In this document: positions 48,034 to 58,049 of the stretch, piece by piece | Layout: the number at the start of each line of letters is the position of its first letter | Position numbering within the stretch: the stretch's first letter is position 1 | Origin: Dehalococcoidia bacterium | GTDB lineage: Bacteria; Chloroflexota; Dehalococcoidia; SM23-28-2; RBG-16-64-32 | NCBI GenBank assembly: GCA_963665775.2 | Contig: CAXXTF010000002.1 | Location: 928,001 to 992,000 of the forward strand | Length of the DNA: 64,000 nt | Reading direction: 5' to 3' | Made by a program: the position numbers and the translations under genes | Notes under the pieces: generated by a model | Told to the model about the DNA's origin: nothing | Database searches by the model: none | The model's input: only the letters and a program-made list of their open reading frames with translations

Positions 48034-49170
48034 ATGAAGCGGTGCCTTGCCTGCCTGGCTCTATCTATGGTCGCCATGTTTGGGCTGGCCTGCGGTCAGC
48101 AAGACGAGACCGGCCCTGCGACGATCAGTCCCAGCGCACCTCCGGCAGCCACTCCCGAGGCCACCGCGACCCCAGCGCGATCGCCGACGGAACGGCCCAC
48201 AGCCAGCGCGACGGGGCCGGCAACCGACGAATCGCCGGTCGCGAGCCCGGCCGCGCTGCGATGGAGTGAACTGGCGCCGTCGGGGCCCACACCGCCCGCT
48301 CGGCGCGACCACACTCTCGTGACGGATGGAGAAAGGGTCTTCCTCTTCGGTGGTCGCGGGCTGGCGATATTTGGCGACACGTGGGAGTTCGATACGGCAA
48401 GCGGCTCCTGGAGCGAGATCAGCTCAGCACAGGGACCGCCGGCCCGGTTCGGACACAACGCCTTCTACGACCCGGCCGGCCGGCGGATGCTGGTTTTCGG
48501 CGGGCAAGCGGGTAGCAGCTTCTTCAATGACGTCTGGGCGCTGGACGTGAACACAGGCGAGTGGACGGAGCTGGCCGGCGAGGAGGACCTGCCAGCGCCC
48601 CGCTACGGCGCGGCCGGCGCGGTGGATTCAGGAGGCCGCTTCTTGCTCTCCCATGGCTTCACCAACGGGGGCCGGTTTGACGACACGTGGCGATATACCT
48701 TGGCCGACGATTCATGGTCTGATGTATCGGCCGAGGGCGAGCGGCCAGTGGAGCGCTGCCTTATGCGTGCGGTTTGGGACTCTGGGAGCGAGCGCCTCCT
48801 CATGTTCGGCGGTCAGACCACGGGGCGACCGTTTCTGGGCGACCTATGGGAGTTCGCCGACGGAGAGTGGCGAGATCTGAGCACGACCATCGGCCCGTCA
48901 CCACGAAACTTCTACGCAATGGCGTTTGACGCCGATGCTGGACGAGTGGTGCTATACGGTGGCAACACGCAGGATGGGCCGGTAAGTGACGTCTGGTTCT
49001 TTGATTCGGCAAGCGACAGTTGGGCCCAATCGGCGGTGGACGGGGAAGGGCCGTCACCGCGATTCGGGCACGATGCCGTGTGGCTCCCCGATGGCATCAT
49101 GTTCATCTTCGGCGGTCGTGATGACTCCGGGGAGCTGAACGATATCTGGGAGCTGGAGATCGTTCTGTGA
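48034..49170 (+). CDS. Kelch-repeat lipoprotein
   Basis: Lipobox GLAC; repeats P.AR..H.......FGG.....D.W. Confidence 0.88.
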   Translation: MKRCLACLALSMVAMFGLACGQQDETGPATISPSAPPAATPEATATPARSPTERPTASATGPATDESPVASPAALRWSELAPSGPTPPARRDHTLVTDGERVFLFGGRGLAIFGDTWEFDTASGSWSEISSAQGPPARFGHNAFYDPAGRRMLVFGGQAGSSFFNDVWALDVNTGEWTELAGEEDLPAPRYGAAGAVDSGGRFLLSHGFTNGGRFDDTWRYTLADDSWSDVSAEGERPVERCLMRAVWDSGSERLLMFGGQTTGRPFLGDLWEFADGEWRDLSTTIGPSPRNFYAMAFDADAGRVVLYGGNTQDGPVSDVWFFDSASDSWAQSAVDGEGPSPRFGHDAVWLPDGIMFIFGGRDDSGELNDIWELEIVL

Positions 49171-49463
49171 GGTTGAGCCTACTACGGTACGCAAGCCCAG
49201 GGCTGTAACGCGCCTGACACTAAGTGTCGATAGTGGCGATTATGACAGGAGGCTCCGCGTCGAGATCATCAGGGCCTAGAGTGGCTGCGATAAGCGAATG
49301 CAGAGAGTGGAACTGCCAAGCGACACTTTTCGGCTGCACACCAGAGGTGACTCCGGATAACGCCGCATCTGACCGTCGTGGCGACGGTGTATAATCGGGC
49401 CACTGAGATCTTGGCCGCTAGTGTCGGCCAGGAACGCGGGGAAAGACTAAAAGGGAGGCTTTA

Positions 49464-50687
49464 ATGGGATCTCTCACCAGGAAAGCGGCCATCGTCGGTG
49501 CGTATGAACACCCGTTACGGGTAGCCCCTGGCTACACGGAGATGGGGATTGAGATGGAGTGCGCCAAGGCGGCGCTGGAGGACGCCGGCCTAAACTTTGA
49601 GGATGTGGACGGCTTCTTCGGGGTCACTGCACCGGTGGAGAACATGAGCGCCGCTACCTATTGCGACTATCTGAACATTCACCCCCGGATCGTCGGCGAC
49701 ACAAGTATAGGGGGCGCTACGTTCCTCCGGTTTGTGCTGGAGGCGGCGTCCTTCATCAACGCCGGCCTGATGAACGTGGGGCTCATCACCTACTCCCAGC
49801 TCCTCGTCAGCCGGGGTTGGGGTCTCTTTCGGCCTATCTCCTTCGGCGGTACCGGCGGCTCGAAGCGACCACGTAGTGCCTCGGCGATCAGGGCGGCAGC
49901 TCGCCCCGCTCCCTCGTGGACCGAGGCTTTCTCCGCCCCCTACGGTCTGGTGGGGGTAGCCGGCTACGGCCAGGTGGCGCAGCGCCACATGCACGAGTAC
50001 GGCACGACCAGCGAGCAGTTGGCGGAGATCGCCGTGGCCACCCGCTACAACGCCTCCTTCAATCCCCAGGCCAAGTACCAGAGCCCGATCACGGTGGAGG
50101 ATGTGGTAGACTCGCGGCTGATCTGCTCGCCCCTGCACCTGTTGGACTGCTGCGTTGTCACCGATGGCGCTGGTGCCGTAGTGGTGGCCAGCCCGGAGGT
50201 AGCGCGGGGCTGTAAGCAGCCGCCGGCATGGGTGTTGGGTGGGGCGATGGCGATCGGGCACCGCGACGCCGGCTATCGGGACTACGGGCGGATCGCCGCC
50301 GCCGAATCGGGCCCCCGGGCCTTTGCCGACGTTGGGCTCAGCCAAGACGACATCGACCTATGCATGCTGTACGACTCCTACACGATCACCGTCCTGACCA
50401 CGCTGGAGGGGCTGGGGTTCTGCGAGATCGGCGAGGGCGGGCCCTTCGTGGCCAGCAAGAACATGCGGTTCGACGGGGACTTTCCACTTAACACCGATGG
50501 TGGCGGGCTCTCCTCCAACCATCCGGGGGCCAGGGGGATGTTTCTGTTGATCGAGGCCACCCGGCAGTTGCGGGGCAACCAGGGGAAGAGCCAGGTGAAG
50601 GACTGCAAGATAGCCCTGTGCCACGGCACCGGTGGAACGATAGGAACCATACATAGCGGGGCCACCGTGTTCCTGGCCAAAGACTAA
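49464..50687 (+). CDS. Thiolase-like protein (SCP2/nsLTP type)
   Basis: PLHLLDCC.VTDGAGA, YDSYT, NTDGGGLS.NHPG.RG, EATRQLRG. Confidence 0.9.
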   Translation: MGSLTRKAAIVGAYEHPLRVAPGYTEMGIEMECAKAALEDAGLNFEDVDGFFGVTAPVENMSAATYCDYLNIHPRIVGDTSIGGATFLRFVLEAASFINAGLMNVGLITYSQLLVSRGWGLFRPISFGGTGGSKRPRSASAIRAAARPAPSWTEAFSAPYGLVGVAGYGQVAQRHMHEYGTTSEQLAEIAVATRYNASFNPQAKYQSPITVEDVVDSRLICSPLHLLDCCVVTDGAGAVVVASPEVARGCKQPPAWVLGGAMAIGHRDAGYRDYGRIAAAESGPRAFADVGLSQDDIDLCMLYDSYTITVLTTLEGLGFCEIGEGGPFVASKNMRFDGDFPLNTDGGGLSSNHPGARGMFLLIEATRQLRGNQGKSQVKDCKIALCHGTGGTIGTIHSGATVFLAKD

Positions 50688-51017
50688 GTCACCCTGATTG
50701 CGCTTCAGGCACGGAAGTGCGCCAAATGACCGCCCAGGGATTAGGACGGTCGCGGCCTTGAACCGCCGAACACTATGACTTCATCGTGTACCCTGGCAGC
50801 CATACTGGCCTTGACAACCCGTCACGAATCGGAGCTGTGTGTCTAGGCAGATAACTTTACCCAAGAGTTTGGGTTGTGGCCTATTCCGACCCTCATTGCG
50901 AGGCGCTGAAGGGAGTACTATAATCCTTTCTCACTAGCGTGGCGGCAGGGGCTTGAGGGGGAGGACCACGCCGCCCTTCAGGGTCCGTCGGATCTGGACG
51001 GCGGAAGGGAGATCGCT

Positions 51018-51755
51018 GTGATCAGAGTTCGTCGCAATAGTGAAATCTACGAAGTCGTGGGCGACTGGTATCACGCCCGCTGGCACTTTTCGTTTGAGAC
51101 GTACAACGATCCCGAGAATGAAAGCTTTGGGGCTATGCGCGTGTTCAACGACGACCGCCTGACCCCCGGTGCCATCTGGCCGCTTCACCCACACCGTGAC
51201 GTCGAAGGGCTCACCTATGTCGTGGAAGGCACGTTCGGACACGAGGACAACGTCGGAGGCTCATATGGACCACTACCGGCCGGGTCGGTGCAACGCATGA
51301 CGCTGGGCTCAGGGGCGCTCCACTCCGAGCAGAACGCGTCGAAAGACGAACCGATGCGATTCGTCCAGATCTGGATCCTCCCAGACACACCTGACCTCAA
51401 GCCAGGAGTCGAGCAGCGTGTCTTTACGCTCGAGGACCGCACCAACAGGCTCCTGAAGGTCATCGGTCCCGAAGGAGGCGACAGTGTCCGGCTTCATCAG
51501 GACGCGTCCGTCCACATCGCTTCGCTGGAGCCAGGCGTTGAGGTCACGCACGAGATTAGCACGCGCCGTGGCGTGTATGCATATCTGATCGATGGCGCGG
51601 CCCGGTTCTTCGAAGAGCACCTGCATACTGGCGACGCGGCCAAGGTGACGGACGAACCCGATCTTCGCATCCGTGCGGTTAATCGGAGCGAGCTCATCCT
51701 TGTGGATGTGCCAATGCAGTTCAAACCAGTGGGGATATGGAAGGGCCGAATCTGA
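51018..51755 (+). CDS. Pirin family protein
   Basis: HFSF..Y.DP, RVFNDD, HPHRDVE..TYV.EG...H.D, VQRM..GSG..HSE.N. Confidence 0.92.
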   Translation: MIRVRRNSEIYEVVGDWYHARWHFSFETYNDPENESFGAMRVFNDDRLTPGAIWPLHPHRDVEGLTYVVEGTFGHEDNVGGSYGPLPAGSVQRMTLGSGALHSEQNASKDEPMRFVQIWILPDTPDLKPGVEQRVFTLEDRTNRLLKVIGPEGGDSVRLHQDASVHIASLEPGVEVTHEISTRRGVYAYLIDGAARFFEEHLHTGDAAKVTDEPDLRIRAVNRSELILVDVPMQFKPVGIWKGRI

Positions 51756-51767
51756 AAGGAGCATATT

Positions 51768-52313
51768 ATGAGTGACTTGGACACCAAGGAGTCCGCCACT
51801 TTCGTTCGGGTTACGCGATTGAATCACGCCGTCCTATACGTTCGGGACCTGAACCGGTCGGTGGAATTCTACCAGCTAGCCTTCGGATTCCAAGAGATCG
51901 CCCGCGAAGCGGGGAAGATGGCCTTCCTGCGCTCCCGCGGATCCAGCAACCACCATGACCTTGGGCTTCTGGAGGTGGGACCGACGGCCGCGCAGCCGGC
52001 GCCCGGATCTACCGGACTCTACCATCTGGCCTGGGAAGTGGCCAAGATTGAGGATCTGGCCGAGGCTGCCTCCCTGCTGGCCGATCTAGGTGCGCTCACT
52101 GGCCAGAGCGATCACGGGGCTACCAAGTCGCTCTATGGGCGCGATCCCGATGGCAATGAGTTCGAGGTAATGTGGATGGTTCCCCGGGACCGATGGGGCG
52201 AATTCGATAGCCGCGCCGTGGTGGCCCCCCTCGACCTCAGACACGAACTAACTCGCTTCGGCAGTGTCCAACGGGACAACGAGCAGGCAGCGCGCCGCGC
52301 CAGCAGAGATTAG
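51768..52313 (+). CDS. VOC/glyoxalase family protein
   Basis: LNHAVLYVRDL, NHHDLGL, GLYHLAW, DHG.TKSLY..DPDGNEFE. Confidence 0.9.
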   Translation: MSDLDTKESATFVRVTRLNHAVLYVRDLNRSVEFYQLAFGFQEIAREAGKMAFLRSRGSSNHHDLGLLEVGPTAAQPAPGSTGLYHLAWEVAKIEDLAEAASLLADLGALTGQSDHGATKSLYGRDPDGNEFEVMWMVPRDRWGEFDSRAVVAPLDLRHELTRFGSVQRDNEQAARRASRD

Positions 52314-52459
52314 CCAAATACCCTTCGTTCATGTCACCGAGCGCCTTATCAGACGGTTGGGCGACCACACTAAGTCCGCATAGCCTCCCCCCAGATATGT
52401 TATTCTCCACCCCAGACGTTTCCATCAATATGATGACATGAAGATTAGGGTGACATCCC

Positions 52460-53335
52460 ATGCGCTTCGGCCTCGATGAGCCCGAGTCGCACTTCTATGA
52501 ATCTCAACGGCTCCGGCTGCACTACGTGGTATGGCGTGAAAGCAGCGGCCCTCCGCTCCTGCTTATCCACGGCAGCAGGGAGCACTGCAGAAGCTGGGAT
52601 TTCGTGGCGCGGACGCTCAAGGACCGCTATACCATCTACGCTCCCGATCTTAGGGGTCATGGCGATAGTGAGTGGGTTACAGATGGCTCTTACGGAACAC
52701 CTGAATTTGTCTTGGACATAGCGACTCTAGCCGAAACGATTGAGGGTTCACTTGCCATCATGGGTTTCTCCCGGGGCGGAAACATCGCCCTGCAGTATGC
52801 CGGAGTATTTCCGGAGAGAGTGTCGAAAGTGATAGCGGTCGAGGGACTCGGACCTCCCATGGTCGCTCACAGCCCGGACGGCATGGCCCCCCCTGCACGA
52901 ATGCGGCATTGGATCGACAGCAGGCGCCACGGGGAGCGACGACGATTGCGCAGGCATGTTTCCGTAGAGGAAGCTACTCGCCGAATAATTGAGGTGAACC
53001 CGCGAGTCAGCCCCGATATCGCTCGCCATTTGGCCCTTCATGGCATCCGGAAAAACGAAGACGGCACCTACTCGTGGAAGTTTGATAACTACCTCGTCGC
53101 AGGCGCAGGCGGTCTGCACCCTGACGGGGGCGAGGAGCTTTGGGCCAACATTCGAGCGCCCGTGCTTCTCGTAACTGGAAGCGAAAGCTGGTCCGCTCAT
53201 CCGGAGTGGCAGGCAAGAGCCCGCGCACTCCCCTTTTATCGCTCGGCGGTTATCGAGGGCGCTGGTCACTGGGTCCACCACGAACAGCTGGACCGCTTCT
53301 TGGAGGTAGTGGAGGCGTTCTTAGCGGACGGCTAA
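52460..53335 (+). CDS. Alpha/beta hydrolase
   Basis: LIHG, PDLRGHGDS, GFSRGG nucleophile elbow, GAGHWVHHE. Confidence 0.92.
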   Translation: MRFGLDEPESHFYESQRLRLHYVVWRESSGPPLLLIHGSREHCRSWDFVARTLKDRYTIYAPDLRGHGDSEWVTDGSYGTPEFVLDIATLAETIEGSLAIMGFSRGGNIALQYAGVFPERVSKVIAVEGLGPPMVAHSPDGMAPPARMRHWIDSRRHGERRRLRRHVSVEEATRRIIEVNPRVSPDIARHLALHGIRKNEDGTYSWKFDNYLVAGAGGLHPDGGEELWANIRAPVLLVTGSESWSAHPEWQARARALPFYRSAVIEGAGHWVHHEQLDRFLEVVEAFLADG

Positions 53336-53459
53336 GGCTCGGAGCCAGAAACCCTCCGAGGCCGCCGACGAGTCTGGTCAGCTCACCGCCGAAGCAACAT
53401 TATGTGTGGTTAGTGTGCCCTTGAGAGGCACCCTTGAGCACCGGAGTCGCCCTGCAACT

Positions 53460-54868
53460 CTACGCCGCCCAATCCAGGGACAGTACCTCGGCCTGTTCGA
53501 GGACGATGATGGTGGCTTTCTCTTGCTTGTCCGGTGGGTAGCCGTATCTCCGAAGGATGCGCTTCACAATCGTCCGGAGCTTCGCCCTCACACTCTGCTT
53601 GACTGTCCAGTCGATGGTGACGTTGCGCTTCACCGCGTCGACGAGCTCGCGAGCGATGGTCCGGAGGGTTTCGTCGCCGAGCACCTGGACGGCGCTATCG
53701 TTGACGCCGAGGGCATCATAGAATGCCAGCTCCTCGTCCGATAGGCCGAGGTCTTCCCCTCTCGCCTCGGCTGCCTGCATGTCCTTTGCTAGCTTGATCA
53801 ACTCCTCGATCACCAGGGCGGTCTCTATTGCCCGGCTCTGATAGGCGCGAACTGCACGCTCCAACATCTCCCCGAAGGACCGCGCCTGGACCACGTTTTT
53901 CTTGGCGCGCACCTTGATCTCGTCCTTCAGGAGCTTCGACAGCAGGTCGACGGCAAGGTTCTTCTGGGGCAGACCGCGTACTTCGGCGAGAAATTCGTCC
54001 GAGAGGATGGAGATGTCCGGCTTCTTAAGTCCGGCAGCAGCGAAGATGTCGACCACCTTGTCGGACACTATGGCTCTGGAGATGATCTGGCGAATCGCGT
54101 TATCGAAATCCTCCTCTGCCTTGCCACTCACGGAGGACTTGGCTATCGCTGCCCGGACGGCCTGGAAGAAGGCAACATCATCCCGGATGCGGATGGCCTC
54201 TTCACGAGTAGGGGCTAGGGCGAAGGCGCGAGAAAGATCAGTGACTGCTTTCAGAAACCGCTCTTTGCCGTCCACCTGGGCCAGGATATGCTCCTGAGCT
54301 GCAGGCAGAACGGAAAGCCGCTCTAACGGAGAGCCGGTCGTGAATGCCGAATAGTCTAAGCCGTCGAACATGGCCGCCACGATCTCGTACTTCTCCAGCA
54401 TGACAGCAGCGGCCTCTTCCAGATCGACGGCCGTGGTGCCTGAGCCGCCGCTCTCCGTGTAATTGGCAATAGCGCGCCGGAGCTGGTCAGCGAGGCCAAG
54501 ATAGTCAACTACAAGCCCGCCCGGCTTATCGCGGAATACGCGGTTCACGCGAGCTATGGCTTGCATGGAGTCCGTGGCCACGCATCGGCTTGTCTACGTA
54601 CATCGTGTGAAGGCTCGGAGCGTTGAAGCCCGTGAGCCACATGTCCCGTACAATCACAGCCTTGAGGGGGTCGTTTGGGTCCCGAAACCTCTTCGCCAGC
54701 GCCTCCCGGCGCGCCTTATTCCGAATGTGGGGTTGCCATGGCAGGCGATCTGAAGCCGAGCCAGTCATGACGACCTTCAGCGTGCCTTTGCTGTCGTCGT
54801 CCGGGTGATGCCACTCCGGCTTGAGGTGGACAATAGCGTCGTACACCTCTACGCAGATCCGTCGGCTC
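53460..54868 (-). pseudogene. hsdR: Type I restriction subunit R, C-terminal part (frameshift near 54570)
   Basis: [44 protein letters not shown] / [29 protein letters not shown]. Confidence 0.9.
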
Positions 54869-55431
54869 TCCTCGATCAGATAGCCGTAGATGGCCTTCAC
54901 CTCGCCAGCCAGCCGCCGGACCCGCCCGACGAGGAGTCCCAGTACCTCCACTATTCGCTCATCGAGCTGAACGCCGCTGGTCTTGCCGATTGGGGATCGC
55001 TTCTTCTTTCCCCAGACACCGAGGCGGACGGTCCCCAGAAACGCCCGAATCTCCAACGGTTCGCCGGGCTTGAGGTTAGGATTCTTCACCAACAGGGCGT
55101 TTGCGACAGCGGGGTCGAACACGATCGCCTCCTCCATCTCGACCAGCGCCCGTTCAAACCAGAGGATGCGGTCGCGCTCAAGGAGCTGCCTCCGCGCTTC
55201 ATCGACCAGCTGAGCCAGCAAACGAAGGTTAGGTAGAAGCACCTGGTACCGGGTTATTACCGCGTGATAGCGGTCCCACTCCTGGCTGCTGAGCGCCCGA
55301 ACCATCTTAAGACGGTCGCCCGGGGAGAGCGCCGGCTCCTTGCGGACGGTGTCCTCTATGGCCAGGCGCGCCTTCTCCTCGGGAGAGAGGGCACGGATGA
55401 TCTCTTCGAGTCGTTTCTCTTTGGACGTCAT
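54866..55431 (-). pseudogene. Element conserved protein copy F, fused in frame to the hsdR fragment
   Basis: MTSKEKRL...LIEES then HsdR RRIC. Confidence 0.85.
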
Positions 55432-55438
55432 AGGGACT

Positions 55439-55816
55439 CTAGGCGTTCCTCCGAAGCGTATCTTCCAGGGCTTCGAGCCTGCTCTCCAGCTCGCCCTTTT
55501 CCAGCAGATTTACGCTCACCTGGGCCAAGTAGGCCAGGGCGCGGGAGCGGCCGAGGGAGTTCTCCAGGGACAGAGTATCTACGGCCGCTACTTCGACCAG
55601 TCTCCGGATCTCGGTGACAGTGCCGAGCCCCTGGAAATCGTAGGCGCTGGCGACGGTCTGTTCCTTGCGCCGGCGGAGTCCGCCCAGCCGCCTGGCCTCA
55701 GCGACCTCCTGCGCACGTTCTGGTTCGTGCCAGAAGCAGAACTCCCCCTCCAGAAGGGGTGGAGCGCCGCATACCTCACCGGACTCCTTGCGGAACGAGC
55801 AAAGGCGCGATTGCAC
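55439..55816 (-). CDS. Element zinc-finger protein, copy F
   Basis: N-terminal 52 aa identical to 42135..42518. Confidence 0.82.
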   Translation of the reverse strand: MQSRLCSFRKESGEVCGAPPLLEGEFCFWHEPERAQEVAEARRLGGLRRRKEQTVASAYDFQGLGTVTEIRRLVEVAAVDTLSLENSLGRSRALAYLAQVSVNLLEKGELESRLEALEDTLRRNA

Positions 55817-55823
55817 TTATGCC

Positions 55824-57107
55824 TTACCTTCCCTTACATATGCTAACAGGGGGCTTGCTTGCCATCGCCGGAGTTGGGGCCTTTTCCGCCTTAATGCCGG
55901 TGAAGGACTCCCAGCGGGCGATCGCTATCCGGCAATAGTGTGGGTCTAATTCCATGCCATAGCAGACCCGCCCTGTCCGCTCGGCGGCGATGAGGGTGGT
56001 GCCCGAGCCGAGGAAGAGGTCCAGCACTACATCACCCGGTCTGCTGCTGTTCTCGATGGCCCGCTCAACCAGGGCCAGCGGCTTCATCGTGGGGTGCAGC
56101 TCCGACTCCGCCGGGCGGGGGAGGGTCCAGACGTCACCCTGGTCGCGGTCGCCGCACCAGTCGTGTGTGGCTCCCTCTCGCCAGCCGTACCAGATGGGCT
56201 CGTACTGGCGCTGGTAGTCAGCCCGACCGAGGGTGAAGTGATCCTTGGCCCAGATGATGGTGTCCGACCAGTGGCCACCGAGTTCCTCCAGGACGCGGGA
56301 AACCGTAGCCCACTCCTTGGTGGACATGCAGATGTAGGTGGCACCCTCCACCGACTCCAAGAGGTTCTTCGCCCAGGCGCGACAGAACGCCTCCCATTCC
56401 TCCGGCGACAGAGCATCGTTCTTGATCCGGCGCTTGCGGGTGCCCCGCTGCTGGCCGCCGTGATCGCCGTAGCTAACGTTGTATGGCGGATCCGTGAAGG
56501 CCAAGGAGGCTTGCCCTGTGCCCACCAGGCGGCCAACGTCGCCCTGGTCGGTAGCATCCCCGCACGTGATGCGATGGTCGCCGAGCCGCCAGACCTCGCC
56601 TCGCTCAACGCCGGGGTCGGCCTGGGCCGCCTCCAGGGCAGCGTCGAGGTCAAACGTCTCGGGCCGATCCCGCTTTTCACGGACGTTGAGGGAGCGAAGC
56701 AAGTTCTTGATCTCGTCCTCCTCGAAGCCGGTGAGAGTTATGTCGACCTCGGGGGCCTCGCCCAGCTCGGAAAGGAGGCGGGCCAGCAACTCATTGTCCC
56801 AGTCCCCGGAGATGCGGTTGAGGGCCAAGTTCAAGAGCTTCGCCTGCTCCACAGTGAGTTCCACGAAGATGACTGGAACGGTGGCGTAGCCGAGGCGGCG
56901 GGCTGCCAGGAGACGTTGATGGCCGCCGATGACACATTGGTCTTCATGGCGAGCGATGATGGGGTCTACCATGCCAAATTGCTGGATGCTGCGGGTCAGC
57001 GACTCCAATTCGGCATCGGAGATGCGCCTGGGGTTGAAGGGGTCGGGCCGGAGATCGCCGATGGGGACGTGCTGAATCTCGATTTTCGTCTTCGCTTCTG
57101 CAACCAC
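55824..57107 (-). CDS. ParB-DNA methyltransferase fusion, copy F (complete)
   Basis: NPRRI, IGGHQRL, FTDPPY, HPTMKP, DLFLGSGT; GTG 57107 with GGAGG RBS. Confidence 0.92.
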   Translation of the reverse strand: MVAEAKTKIEIQHVPIGDLRPDPFNPRRISDAELESLTRSIQQFGMVDPIIARHEDQCVIGGHQRLLAARRLGYATVPVIFVELTVEQAKLLNLALNRISGDWDNELLARLLSELGEAPEVDITLTGFEEDEIKNLLRSLNVREKRDRPETFDLDAALEAAQADPGVERGEVWRLGDHRITCGDATDQGDVGRLVGTGQASLAFTDPPYNVSYGDHGGQQRGTRKRRIKNDALSPEEWEAFCRAWAKNLLESVEGATYICMSTKEWATVSRVLEELGGHWSDTIIWAKDHFTLGRADYQRQYEPIWYGWREGATHDWCGDRDQGDVWTLPRPAESELHPTMKPLALVERAIENSSRPGDVVLDLFLGSGTTLIAAERTGRVCYGMELDPHYCRIAIARWESFTGIKAEKAPTPAMASKPPVSICKGR

Positions 57108-57128
57108 GATGGCCCTCCAAACCAAACG

Positions 57129-57158
57129 AAAAAGCCAGCCCAGAAGACCTGGGCTGGC
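57129..57158 (-). terminator. Intrinsic terminator immediately upstream of MTase F
   Basis: GCCAGCCCAG-5nt-CTGGGCTGGC followed by TTTTT on the minus strand. Confidence 0.7.
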
Positions 57159-57211
57159 CTCAATACTCCACACAGGGTCTTAGCCTGTGAAACCTTCTTT
57201 AATTATCTTAA

Positions 57212-57442
57212 TTATATCACAAGGTAGACCATTTCACTGCAGCCTCGATGTCTCAGGACTTCGGCAGGGCTCCCGCCCGCTGTGCCATTTCTTATGTGAC
57301 GCCACACCTGTCGCCACTCGTTTCGGGGACTCTTGCGGCGACATTGGGGGCAATAGACGACATCCTCTTTCCGCGTCGCGTTTGGCTCCCGGCCAGCCAC
57401 GCGGCCCGCGCCTCTTGGAAGTGCCCCTCCCTCTCTCATCAC
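57212..57442 (-). CDS. Small Cys/His-containing hypothetical protein
   Basis: YCPQC...HRGC; short, no family recognised. Confidence 0.35.
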   Translation of the reverse strand: MMREGGALPRGAGRVAGREPNATRKEDVVYCPQCRRKSPRNEWRQVWRHIRNGTAGGSPAEVLRHRGCSEMVYLVI

Positions 57443-57461
57443 TCCCCTAGACCGACGCCCA

Positions 57462-57698
57462 TCACTTCTGAGCGGGCCCGAGAACTTGGGTCACCCGCGC
57501 CCGTGAAACACCCTGGAGGCGAGCAAGAGCAGCGCGGTTTGGCGCTGCACCCGTTTCAAGCAGCCCTCTCCAGGAGTCCGCCAGATCCTGGACAGCCTTC
57601 CTAGCCGTTGCCTTCCGGCGAGACCAGTTGAGGAGGCTAGCTAAGCGAACGGGGAAAGACTGCCGCAGAACGCTCTGGGACACAAATCCGGGGAGCCA
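57462..57698 (-). other. attR-type end carrying a detached recombinase C-terminal tail with HTH
   Basis: Core CCGGGGAGCCA 57688-57698; reads WLPGFVSQSVLRQSF...NRAALARLQGVSRARVTQVL*; no recombinase upstream. Confidence 0.75.
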
Positions 57699-57992
57699 AT
57701 GTCAACTATTCCTTCGCCCCCATCCTTCTCCCTCTCCAGCCGATCCAGGGCAAAGAAGGGCAGATAGGCCATCTTGGGGGCGAAGGCTACCTTCTTTCGG
57801 TCTCGCACTGAGGGGTGTTCCCCGCCAGCAACTTTCAGAATCTGTGTAAGGAGATCCTAATGGACATCAGGACAGGAATTACTAAATGTTTCCTGCCGTT
57901 TCTGAGAGCCTATCCCCCAGGTAAATACATGGACCCTGGAGACGTCTCTGATGCGTGAAAGCAAGACTTCGGGCAGCCTCTCCCATTATTCC

Positions 57993-58049
57993 GGCCTCTT
58001 GGAGGTGTTGAAAGGAGAGGCGGAAAGAGGGCTGGACGCTGGTATGTGA
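57993..58049 (+). pseudogene. 3'-end remnant of the element conserved protein
   Basis: GLLEVLKGEAERGLDAGM* versus GLLALLKGEAARGLDARR* (copy E). Confidence 0.7.

Larger units (their letters stand above)
6719..57698. mobile_element. Composite genomic island: tandem array of serine-recombinase integrative elements at tRNA-Asn
   Basis: tRNA 3' end CCGGGGAGCCA repeated at 24165, 35271 and 57688, and partly inverted at 19991; several copies of the recombinase/ParB-MTase module; element debris continues to 58049, so the right boundary is uncertain. Confidence 0.8.

Noticed and set aside
49081-49090. TGGCTCCCCG (inverted att-core match) in the Kelch gene
   Set aside because: Lies in an intact repeat (VWLPDG), lacks the ACGCTCTG arm and shows no junction; likely chance
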